Positions 8,819-17,222 of a DNA stretch of 35,470 bases are shown piece by piece. This DNA comes from an uncultured virus (IMG/VR IMGVR_UViG_3300028678_000003) (Duplodnaviria > Heunggongvirae > Uroviricota > Caudoviricetes): the IMG/VR virus record IMGVR_UViG_3300028678_000003; one strand, 5' to 3'. The first letter of the stretch is position 1. Every line of letters starts with the position of its first letter. The notes under the pieces are model-generated. The model saw only the letters and a list, made by a program, of their open reading frames with translations, was not told where the DNA came from and ran no database searches. A program made the position numbers and the translations under genes.

Positions 8819-9435
8819 AATTCCCCCGTTTCTTTATAATAATTTAATGTCTCTTTTATTTTTTGTAAGCTTCTCGAATATTGATTGCAAGTAACGTCTG
8901 CATTTTCTTTAAGAAATTCAGATATCTTTTTATCTTGTAACCTTGAGCGAGTAATTCGCTTATCTATTTCGGTAAAATGGAAGTGATGCATAAGAGCCTC
9001 AATTAAGTCAGGTTCTGAGTTGCAGTGTAATTTTGGGTGTGTTGTAGAAATAGCATCTGTCAACTCAACCGATAGGCTTTGACATTCTCGTTGGTAGTAT
9101 TTGAAGAAGTGTCGAGATATTGATTTATTGTAATAAAAATAAAAGTTATTACCTTTTTCAATATTGTATTTTGATAAGCACTTGTCGAAGATTATGTAAC
9201 ATTCCGATATCAACTCATCACGTTCCGGCATATCTTGCTTACCTGCCCCGTTTAACAGATTTAAGCAATTGCTGATATTCTTCTTAACAATGTCCTTCAT
9301 CATTTTGAAGACTACGATTTTGAAAGCCTCTTCCCGCTTTTGGCATTCGGTTGTTTTAATAATTCGTATCCAATCATTTACTAACTTAACACGATAATCA
9401 AATGTTGCTTTAAAAATAGTATTTTCTAAATTCAT
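8815..9435 (-). CDS. sigma-70-like RNA polymerase sigma factor
   Basis: Region-2-like DELISECYIIFDKCLSKYNIEKGNNFYFYY and a region-4-like C-terminal HTH (FTEIDKRI...SLQKIKETL); 206 aa. Confidence 0.65.
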   Translation of the reverse strand: MNLENTIFKATFDYRVKLVNDWIRIIKTTECQKREEAFKIVVFKMMKDIVKKNISNCLNLLNGAGKQDMPERDELISECYIIFDKCLSKYNIEKGNNFYFYYNKSISRHFFKYYQRECQSLSVELTDAISTTHPKLHCNSEPDLIEALMHHFHFTEIDKRITRSRLQDKKISEFLKENADVTCNQYSRSLQKIKETLNYYKETGEL

Positions 9436-9758
9436 TATTTAACCCCCCTTTTCATTTCTTTGATAGCTTGCCCCATTAATCCTTCCTTTCGGTCACGTAT
9501 CTCTTTGTTGAAATGGTTATGGGTTCGCTTTCTTAAGACTTTTACCTTATCTTCTTTAGACATTGATGCGATAGCCCCAAACTGAATATTTTTGTCTGAG
9601 AGAGGCAGGATTTCAGTTATATTTGTCATCCTTTTGCCGCACTTATAACAAAATAATTTCGGCAATGATTCGATACCAACGTACACGAAAACCACTTTCA
9701 CTTCTTCTACCACATTGCCTAATCTTTCACAATCAGGGTTTGAACATTCAAATTTCAT
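9435..9758 (-). CDS. zinc-ribbon protein
   Basis: FECSNPDC...CYKCGKRM cysteine pairs. Confidence 0.6.
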   Translation of the reverse strand: MKFECSNPDCERLGNVVEEVKVVFVYVGIESLPKLFCYKCGKRMTNITEILPLSDKNIQFGAIASMSKEDKVKVLRKRTHNHFNKEIRDRKEGLMGQAIKEMKRGVK

Positions 9759-9760
9759 AT

Positions 9761-10252
9761 CTATTTATTTTGAAGGATTGTCACTCTCGCATATTCCATT
9801 ATTAGGACTGCGTCTGAAGTGTCTAGGGTTATTTTTTGAGATGGGAATAATTGTTGCGCTCTGGACTTTAATTTATTCTTCCACTGGCTTGTAGATGAAT
9901 GTCCTTTGACGCCGAATTGGTAGTGTTTTTGCCATTTTTGTGGGGTAACTTCCACGGTAGGAATTTTGCGTGACATAAGAGCCATTTCAATATGTCCGAA
10001 GTTTTGACCGAAGTTGAACATCTGCATTCCACCCATTCCTGGCATCCCGCCAACTCGTTCCAAAAAACAAACTGAATTTTGACAATAAAGTTTAAAAAAT
10101 AGGTATAAATCTTGCATCGTTTCAGGCATCTTAGCAACCTCAATAATGCTGTTTCGGGTCAATGAAAATATAGCAATTCCACCTGATTTGCCAGGATCTA
10201 TTGCTATGATTTTATCATCATTAAAGTACTTAGCTCGGTCTTTGTTTTCCAT
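9761..10252 (-). CDS. RuvC-like Holliday junction resolvase
   Basis: IAIDPGKSGG, FLERV, FNFGQNFG, VTPQKWQK and DAVLI motifs of phage RuvC-like nucleases. Confidence 0.85.
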   Translation of the reverse strand: MENKDRAKYFNDDKIIAIDPGKSGGIAIFSLTRNSIIEVAKMPETMQDLYLFFKLYCQNSVCFLERVGGMPGMGGMQMFNFGQNFGHIEMALMSRKIPTVEVTPQKWQKHYQFGVKGHSSTSQWKNKLKSRAQQLFPSQKITLDTSDAVLIMEYARVTILQNK

Positions 10253-10270
10253 TTTATTAGTTTTACTTAC

Positions 10271-12109
10271 TTAAACTAATAACTTTGGTAACTCCGTGTA
10301 GTAACTGTTTCCGTCAACTTTTTTTACATACAGAGCGTTCTCATTATTGAAACCTTCAGAGACCGTCTGGGTTATCATCAAAATAGTAATTCCCATTTTT
10401 TCTAAGATTTTTATAATGTTCTCTTGACCCATAGAATCCACCCCAGGAAATACTTCATCGAGCAATAAAAGATTTAACCCAAGACCATTGGTCGAAAGGT
10501 TAATCAAATGTTGTATTCCTAAAATACCCGCTACTTGAACACGCCCGCGTTCACCGCCCGACTTGCCCTTAAATACTTGGGGAGTGATTCCGTCGTTTTG
10601 AACAAACACGTCTATCTTCTCCCGCACCGAGCCGTCCTTCAATATCTTGAACCCATTGATTAGAACCGACGTGTCAACCCCGAACTTCTTTAGGAAGCTA
10701 TTTGTCATCCCCTCGATTATCTTTATGCTCTTGTTTGCTAAATAAGTAAGGAACCCTGATTTGCCCATATTGTACTGCCAAAAGCTTATCATCTCCAACT
10801 CATCGCTATATCCTGCGGCTTCCTTGGACTTTAATTTCAATTCAGCATTTATTTCGGACAGCTTTTCGTTTAGCAACTTCAACGCTTTATTGTCTTTCTT
10901 TGAAGCTTTGAGCGCGTTAATCTTTTGTTGAATCTTATAAACTTCTTTCGCTTCGTAATCAATTTCCTCAGTATTTCGCTTGTTTTTTCGCTGGATGACA
11001 CGTATTTCTTCAGTTATGTCGTCGGCTGTTTCTTGACGTTCTTGAATAGCTTTTTCTTTTTTAGTTATGGCAAGAAAGTCAGCCTCAATAGCAAGCTTCA
11101 ATTTTTCTGTTAGCGCAAGAAGCTCTTTAGCTTCCGGAATTGTTAACTGGTATTCCGAATTGAGTATGAAATCTTTTTTGCAATGAGGGCAAGTTATTAT
11201 TTCCTCAAGCTCGTTTTTGAGTGTACGAATTATTTTTACCGTATCGCTCAATTCTTTTACTTTGTCACTGCTTTCTTTTTTGAGCTTAGTTTTTTCTTCT
11301 ATGCTTACCTTTTTAGTTTCAAAATCTTTTTGCTTCGACTTAACATCTTCATCAAGACGCCCGTTTTCTTCCATGCGTAAACGCATTGATTCTTGCTTAG
11401 TTTTTTTATCGGTTTCAAGTTCCTTTATATCTTCAGCAGTAGTGTCCTCTAATTCCAGCTCCGCTTTTTGCTCATCAATTAAATCCACCTTAGCAATAAG
11501 TTTATCCGTCTCTAAATTTACACCGTCTAGCAATGCTTTATATTCCTTGTTCCGTTTAACAAGTTCTTCAATTGCTGGGTTAATCATATCAGCTGATGTA
11601 ATACGGTTCATGATTTCTTTTTTGTCTAAATCATTAGCCGTAAAAAATGAGAACTTTGAGTCTTGGTCTATTATGAAGTACCTCAACAAATCTTCTTTGG
11701 TTATCCCTAAAAGCTCAAATATTCGCTTGTTGGCTTCGTTGGTTGAAACCACCTTCTTGTTTATTTCGCCGTTTTCCCATAACGTCAACAATGTGGTTTT
11801 ACCGCGTATAAATTTGCGATATATCCTCAATGTGGAGTTCAGGAATTTATTTTCCAATTCCAAGTCAACCTCACAGGTTTCAGATTCATAGTTTATGAAC
11901 GCGTCTTTACCCAAGTTTCTCAAATCGTCCCCAGTCAAAGCAATGCCAATACCCTCGAACAATGTCGATTTTCCGGAGCCGTTATTTTCCATGGCTCGGT
12001 CCGTTTCATTGTGACCGAATATAACAGTGCAAACCCCATTACGAAATACATATGTACTGTCTCTGTGCGAAAATAAATTTCTTATTTCAATTTTGATAGG
12101 ACTCCACAT
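10271..12109 (-). CDS. SbcC/Rad50/T4 gp46-like ATPase
   Basis: Walker A NNGSGKST, coiled coil with CPHC zinc hook, SGGE signature, LLLDE Walker B. Confidence 0.92.
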   Translation of the reverse strand: MWSPIKIEIRNLFSHRDSTYVFRNGVCTVIFGHNETDRAMENNGSGKSTLFEGIGIALTGDDLRNLGKDAFINYESETCEVDLELENKFLNSTLRIYRKFIRGKTTLLTLWENGEINKKVVSTNEANKRIFELLGITKEDLLRYFIIDQDSKFSFFTANDLDKKEIMNRITSADMINPAIEELVKRNKEYKALLDGVNLETDKLIAKVDLIDEQKAELELEDTTAEDIKELETDKKTKQESMRLRMEENGRLDEDVKSKQKDFETKKVSIEEKTKLKKESSDKVKELSDTVKIIRTLKNELEEIITCPHCKKDFILNSEYQLTIPEAKELLALTEKLKLAIEADFLAITKKEKAIQERQETADDITEEIRVIQRKNKRNTEEIDYEAKEVYKIQQKINALKASKKDNKALKLLNEKLSEINAELKLKSKEAAGYSDELEMISFWQYNMGKSGFLTYLANKSIKIIEGMTNSFLKKFGVDTSVLINGFKILKDGSVREKIDVFVQNDGITPQVFKGKSGGERGRVQVAGILGIQHLINLSTNGLGLNLLLLDEVFPGVDSMGQENIIKILEKMGITILMITQTVSEGFNNENALYVKKVDGNSYYTELPKLLV

Positions 12110-12111
12110 GA

Positions 12112-13140
12112 TTATAAAGTTTTGATTAATTTCATGCCGTAAACTAATTGCTTACCGCTTATTGATTGTTGTTTGGAGAACGCTATGAAATCCTTCATAA
12201 CGCTTTGTTTGTCATACAATAATACGCTTTCTGACTCAGACATTTCAATCGCTTCTGTTTCTTCTGTTGACTCAAATTTTATATCAATTCCAAGCTTGTG
12301 TATTTCGCTTGTATTAATATTAGCAAAATCAACCTTACTACCTTTAAACAAAAACCTGACGTGGTCATAATTTTCTCCGTCATATTTCTCCATAAGGTTT
12401 CGGGTTGACTCTTTGTCCTTGACTTCGATTACTTCTTTGATATACTTAGGGAACTTAGAAGGAACGAACTTAATTGAACCATCGCTATACAAGACGGTGA
12501 ACCCCTTGTCAGTTATGTTTTCTCCGAAGTTATTTTGATATGCCGAACCCGTATAAATGACATTTTCAGAGAGCTTTGAAGCGTCATGGTAGTGGCCAAT
12601 TAAAACCTTGTCAAACATTTTGAACATTGATGGTTTAATCGATGACTCTACTAGTGAACCGTCGTTGTTACGAACGCCGTCAAACCCTATATGAGTTATC
12701 AAAAAGTTTGTTTCTTCAACATCTATATTTAACGTTTCAAATTCTTCAAGCCATTTCTCTTCTCCGAAATACGGCACAAAATAAACGCATACCCCGCCTA
12801 CCAATATGCCGTCGGCTCGGTCGTAAACTTTTGTTCCGCTGCGTCGGTATAAATCTAAATAGCTTTTTCGAGAATTTGGGTCTGTTTTATCGTGGTTTCC
12901 TGGTATAATGTGCATAGTTAACCCGTCTTCTTCTACCATGTCTATAATGTCTTGAAAATCGGTAAGAGTCGATAACGGTTGACCTGAACGGTTGGTAAAG
13001 TTATCTCCCCCATCGAAGATGTGCTTTACCCCGTATTGATGACAAACGTTAATAAGTTGCCCGATTATGTCTTTAACTAATTCACCATTATCCTTTGTCA
13101 AATGCAGGTCGGTTGCAAAAACTCCTATCGCTTTTTTCAT
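12112..13140 (-). CDS. SbcD/Mre11/T4 gp47-like nuclease
   Basis: Metallophosphoesterase motifs TDLH, GGD, PGNHD, THI, GHYH, YTGS; adjacent to the SbcC-like gene. Confidence 0.92.
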   Translation of the reverse strand: MKKAIGVFATDLHLTKDNGELVKDIIGQLINVCHQYGVKHIFDGGDNFTNRSGQPLSTLTDFQDIIDMVEEDGLTMHIIPGNHDKTDPNSRKSYLDLYRRSGTKVYDRADGILVGGVCVYFVPYFGEEKWLEEFETLNIDVEETNFLITHIGFDGVRNNDGSLVESSIKPSMFKMFDKVLIGHYHDASKLSENVIYTGSAYQNNFGENITDKGFTVLYSDGSIKFVPSKFPKYIKEVIEVKDKESTRNLMEKYDGENYDHVRFLFKGSKVDFANINTSEIHKLGIDIKFESTEETEAIEMSESESVLLYDKQSVMKDFIAFSKQQSISGKQLVYGMKLIKTL

Positions 13141-13145
13141 ATCAA

Positions 13146-14264
13146 TTATTTTTTCTCAAAATCTTCTTCTATTTTAGCTTTCAACGCCAAAAGTTCTTTG
13201 TTCCTTGCTTTCCTTATTTGAGCGTGCAGTACTGGAATCATTTTGTTGTTTGTGTCGTAAAGAGCAAACAATTCGCGAACCGAAGTCCACTTCATTTTAT
13301 CTCCTAAATAAGTAATTTTTTTAGCGCCTTCTTTTTTCAATATACCGTTGTCCAATGCGAACTCAATGTCTTCTTCTGAAAGAATTATACCATAACCGAG
13401 CAATATTCTTATGGCAGTTTCTTGCCTGCTGCCAAAATCATTTTTGACTACTTTCACATAAGTAACTTGAGCTACTTCTGTATCGTCAATTTTCTCGTGC
13501 TTCCCTATTGTAGTGCTTAAACGTAATGTTGATAAAAGTTCAACCCATTCGCCGCCCGTACTTTTTTTCTTAGAATGTTGTCCAAACCCAGCGATAGTGT
13601 CGTATTGATGGTTTAACATAACAAAATGAATTGTCCTAGTGTACATTTCACCCATCAAAAATTTAGCAAACATTTTCGCTGGTTTAGCAAACGCCCCTAT
13701 CTTTTCGTGCTTCATTTCAGTTATATCGTCGCCCTTAATAAATTTCTTTGATAAAGTGTCGGTATTTTCTTCCATAGTGTCTAACTCAGATTTACTCAAT
13801 GTAGCTCCTAAACTGTCCCACAGAAAGTAAAACTTTGGTTCTCCCATTTTATATTCTTTGAATAACGCATCAACATCATCCAATAATTTCTTAACCATCA
13901 TAAACATTTTTTCAACATACCGTATCTTCATAACGATAATCTTGCTCGGGTTAATTCCAAGCTGAACTGCGTATTCTTTACTATCTCGGTTTTCACTTGA
14001 TAATATAACAGCAACCCCAAGCTCAGGATTTTCTTTTAAAAAATGTTTCATACCTGTCAAACCAAGTGTGGTCTTTCCAGAACGACTCGGTCCGGCAATT
14101 TCGATTATACCTGTGGGGAATCCCATTATCCTTAGATTATAGTCCAGCTCTGAACTACCAGTGTGAGCCCAACTCTTCATCTCCTTGAAGCCATCTTTAT
14201 CAGATAGCTTAATAACGTCTTCGTTATTAAATCTTTTGATTATATCGTCTGTTATGTTAGCCAT
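13146..14264 (-). CDS. RecA/UvsX-like recombinase
   Basis: GFPTGIIEIAGPSRSGKTT, WDSLGA, LNHQY, STGG and VKVVKN motifs. Confidence 0.88.
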   Translation of the reverse strand: MANITDDIIKRFNNEDVIKLSDKDGFKEMKSWAHTGSSELDYNLRIMGFPTGIIEIAGPSRSGKTTLGLTGMKHFLKENPELGVAVILSSENRDSKEYAVQLGINPSKIIVMKIRYVEKMFMMVKKLLDDVDALFKEYKMGEPKFYFLWDSLGATLSKSELDTMEENTDTLSKKFIKGDDITEMKHEKIGAFAKPAKMFAKFLMGEMYTRTIHFVMLNHQYDTIAGFGQHSKKKSTGGEWVELLSTLRLSTTIGKHEKIDDTEVAQVTYVKVVKNDFGSRQETAIRILLGYGIILSEEDIEFALDNGILKKEGAKKITYLGDKMKWTSVRELFALYDTNNKMIPVLHAQIRKARNKELLALKAKIEEDFEKK

Positions 14265-14276
14265 ATATTTTTTTAT

Positions 14277-14305
14277 AAAAAAGGGTTGCTATTTCTAACA
14301 ACCCT
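14277..14305 (-). terminator. intrinsic terminator after the SSB gene
   Basis: Minus strand AGGGTTGTTA-GAAA-TAGCAACCCT followed by TTTTT (10-bp stem with one G-U pair, GNRA loop). Confidence 0.85.
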
Positions 14306-14326
14306 CAATTTTTAGAATGTTACAAA

Positions 14327-15706
14327 TTATTTGCTTTTTGCCAATTTGTCTTGAATATCCTTCAAAGACATTTTTGCTTTTGGCTTAACTTCTTCTGGTT
14401 CTTCAACATCAGGTTCCGGAGCGTCGCCCTCACCGCCAATTGCTTCACGGATAGCTTCACGAATTTCTTCGTCCACCATAGATTTCTTAACCCGAACATC
14501 TAAATCGTTTTCGGCGATATATTCTTTCAGAGTTTCTCTGTCCATGTCATCAAACTCATCGTTAGTTGTTTCAGGTGCGTTATCAGAGGCAGTGGCAATA
14601 ATAGCTTCGCGGATGAGCTCGCGAATTTCATCGTCCTCAAAGGATTTTTTTACCCGAACATCAAGTTCGTTTTCGGCAATATATTCCTTCAATTCTTCCC
14701 TATCCATGTCATCAAATTCGTCACCCGCTTTTTTCTTAACAGATTTTTTCACAGGAGCTTCTTCTTCTTCGTCATCAACAACTTTCTTTTTAGCGGCAGG
14801 TTTTGCAGTTTCCTTTTCAACCGTTTTCTTTACCAATTTTTTTGCAGGAGCTTTGTCTTCTTCGGCTTCTTCAACTGCGTCGTATTGAGAACGAATTTCT
14901 TCAAGTTTTTCAATCCAAGCTTCATTTTCAAATAAGCCAATTTCGTTTGTTTCATCGAAATTTTGAAGACCTTCTACAGCACGGTCAAAATCACGCATAT
15001 TGTATTTTCCGATAATTTCATCCAATGGTTTTAAAGCCATAAATGCTTCCAACACTTCGTCGGTCAACGGATACGCAATATTCTTTTTAGGGAACGAAGT
15101 TTCGTAATAGTTTTCCCCCTTTTTTCGGTTTGGACTTTTCAAATACTTAACCAAAATTGGTAGACCTTCGTCTGGGTCTGTGAATGGGTCGATTTCAATA
15201 GCATCATCGTCTTCTTCAGAAAACGCCAATTTGTTCATTGCATCACGTACCATTTTCTTAAATTCCCATAGCATAGGATGTAATTCTTCGTCGGACGATA
15301 CTTTTGAAGCATAAGCCATCCAACTGTAAGTAGGCTTCAAAGAATCTTTATCTCCAGAGATTGCGTCAAGCTTATCGCTATCTTTAGCGCAAAATTTAGT
15401 TGCCATTTTTGAATATTCTTCAACAACATCCATTTTTGTTCCGCCGTGCAATCTTGAATCGTTAATAGTGCCGCGCCCCATATCGCCATCTCTCTTAGCG
15501 AAGCTCAGCCAGTAACATTTTTTAGCTACGTAAAAATTTTCCTTGCCAGGATGTGGTGGAAATATACGTATTTTTACAGACTTGCCATCTTCAAGATTCA
15601 AATACTCGTTATTGCTTGCGCCAATAAGAGTGTTGTCATCTTCGACATGCTTCTTCAATTTTTTAATAGGAGTAGCTTTGAATTGGCTACGAAAATCTTT
15701 TTCCAT
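14327..15706 (-). CDS. gp32-like single-stranded DNA-binding protein with extended C-terminus
   Basis: KIRIFPP and DPFTDPDEG motifs, an acidic tail, position between RecA and the UvsY-like gene, and its own terminator. Confidence 0.7.
   Translation of the reverse strand: MEKDFRSQFKATPIKKLKKHVEDDNTLIGASNNEYLNLEDGKSVKIRIFPPHPGKENFYVAKKCYWLSFAKRDGDMGRGTINDSRLHGGTKMDVVEEYSKMATKFCAKDSDKLDAISGDKDSLKPTYSWMAYASKVSSDEELHPMLWEFKKMVRDAMNKLAFSEEDDDAIEIDPFTDPDEGLPILVKYLKSPNRKKGENYYETSFPKKNIAYPLTDEVLEAFMALKPLDEIIGKYNMRDFDRAVEGLQNFDETNEIGLFENEAWIEKLEEIRSQYDAVEEAEEDKAPAKKLVKKTVEKETAKPAAKKKVVDDEEEEAPVKKSVKKKAGDEFDDMDREELKEYIAENELDVRVKKSFEDDEIRELIREAIIATASDNAPETTNDEFDDMDRETLKEYIAENDLDVRVKKSMVDEEIREAIREAIGGEGDAPEPDVEEPEEVKPKAKMSLKDIQDKLAKSK
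14438..14722 (-). repeat. two copies of a 41-aa helical module within the SSB
   Basis: 14600-14722 and 14438-14560; 35/41 aa identical; 162-nt period. Confidence 0.9.
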
Positions 15707-15722
15707 CTTTTGTTTGTTTTAA

Positions 15723-16241
15723 TTAACCGATTAATTTCTTAGTTTTCTTAATAGTAATGTTATTAACTTTGCCCTGAATCATATCATCAGTAATGTCCCC
15801 CGTTTGCATACTCATAGACAATTTATCAAGCTTGCCCGATTTGTCTTTAGAGCTCCAAAATACGCTTTGGATATAGTCGCGATTCTTTTGAGTTTCGATA
15901 AAAGATTTCTTCATTGCTTGAAAACCTTTATCTAACATTATGGCTGAATTTAATTCGTCCACCGTCGCCGCCTTACCTCCTTTTTGATTGGTTATCTCAA
16001 CCCTAAGACGTTCTTTCACTTTAGCTTCAAATATGTCCACGTTCAGTTTCTTTTCTGAAACTTGTGCTTCCATGTCAGCCAACAATTTACCAAACCGATT
16101 AACAATGACTGGGAACGTGATTATTTCGCCAATCAAATTTGAATAATCAATTTTCAACAAAGAATCAATATCGACTTCTTCATTAAACTCGTCGAATACC
16201 AATTTATAATCAGTACCTCCAACAGTTATTAATTTAATCAT
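15723..16241 (-). CDS. UvsY-like recombination mediator
   Basis: 172 aa helical protein with a KAATVDELNSAIMLD segment, directly upstream of SSB and RecA. Confidence 0.55.
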   Translation of the reverse strand: MIKLITVGGTDYKLVFDEFNEEVDIDSLLKIDYSNLIGEIITFPVIVNRFGKLLADMEAQVSEKKLNVDIFEAKVKERLRVEITNQKGGKAATVDELNSAIMLDKGFQAMKKSFIETQKNRDYIQSVFWSSKDKSGKLDKLSMSMQTGDITDDMIQGKVNNITIKKTKKLIG

Positions 16242-16560
16242 CGTTGCTTGTTTTTAATATCGGTTTATCTTCCACAATATCAGATTTAAGGATATGCAAC
16301 CCGATAACCGCGTATCCCATTATATCTTTAAGAGTGTCTTCCAGACTTTCAAAATTAGCGGGGATTCCCCTCATTTGTTTTTCCACCAAACTCCTGTACC
16401 TTCGAGCCTTGTCCCAAATATGTACCATATTCCCATTAACTCCTAAATCAAACGAAGCCCCACCGTAATCTAAATTCTTTTTTACGAGAATAACCGTAAC
16501 CGCCGCGAATATTTCTTCGATAGTTTCCTTTGTCATTCTTTCTTTTTCTTCCTTGCCCAT
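16234..16560 (-). CDS. DUF1599 / nucleotide-modification-associated domain 1-like protein
   Basis: KKNLDYG, IWDKARR and ESLEDTLKDIMGYAVI patterns. Confidence 0.8.
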   Translation of the reverse strand: MGKEEKERMTKETIEEIFAAVTVILVKKNLDYGGASFDLGVNGNMVHIWDKARRYRSLVEKQMRGIPANFESLEDTLKDIMGYAVIGLHILKSDIVEDKPILKTSNDD

Positions 16561-16580
16561 TCTTTATAAATTTTTTATGT

Positions 16581-17219
16581 TTAAAATTCCATTATTTTTT
16601 CAAAGTTCAACATTTCAGCGGGAAATTTACTCGCCAATACTTCAATCAATTCAGCTTTAGCTTCAAATTGACTGTTGTGAACATATTCAATCCTATTTAA
16701 GAAGTCATCATTCCCCAATGCTATTTCACGAACTACGTAAAATTCGACTGCAAGCCAGTCGCACCACTTTACAAACTTTTTTACACCACACACTGGATTT
16801 TGTATATAATCTTTCAACATTTTCGAAGCTGAAGTTATTTCCGGAAATTCAGATACATCCCCAATATGTTTTTTCTCGGTGAAATGTTTGTTTGCTAAAT
16901 GCCCCGACAGCCTATCGAGTTCAGACCTTAATGCGTTGCCGTTAAAATCGTTGTACTTTGTTTCGTGCGATATATCCCTACGTAATAAACACTCATCCCA
17001 ATCGTGTAAAGCTGACTGTCGAATAACATCTAATTTGTACTTCAATACTTCAACATTATCGGAATTACCAAATATATCTTCCAGCGCGATAGTGGCAAAA
17101 ACTAAAACTTTGTAAGAATGTTGAGAAACGCTTTCGTGCTTGATTACGTCAACTTCTTGCCATTGGATTATATTATCCAACCTCTTTAAATAATCCCCTT
17201 CGAAAATTCTTTTTAGCAT
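16581..17219 (-). CDS. YfbR-like HD-domain deoxynucleotide phosphohydrolase
   Basis: ESVSQHS, LHDWDE, VKWCD and REIALGNDDF align with E. coli YfbR ENVSEHS, YHDASE, VKQAD and EELAAGNNEF. Confidence 0.85.
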   Translation of the reverse strand: MLKRIFEGDYLKRLDNIIQWQEVDVIKHESVSQHSYKVLVFATIALEDIFGNSDNVEVLKYKLDVIRQSALHDWDECLLRRDISHETKYNDFNGNALRSELDRLSGHLANKHFTEKKHIGDVSEFPEITSASKMLKDYIQNPVCGVKKFVKWCDWLAVEFYVVREIALGNDDFLNRIEYVHNSQFEAKAELIEVLASKFPAEMLNFEKIMEF

Positions 17220-17222
17220 GAT

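Noticed and set aside
9868..10143. 91-aa minus-strand ORF nested in the RuvC-like gene
   Set aside because: Out-of-frame overlap with a motif-bearing gene and no support of its own.
16581..17219. DatZ of a 2-aminoadenine (Z) genome system
   Set aside because: No PurZ-like gene in the window, and the linked enzyme is a pyrimidine-modifying TS-fold protein.
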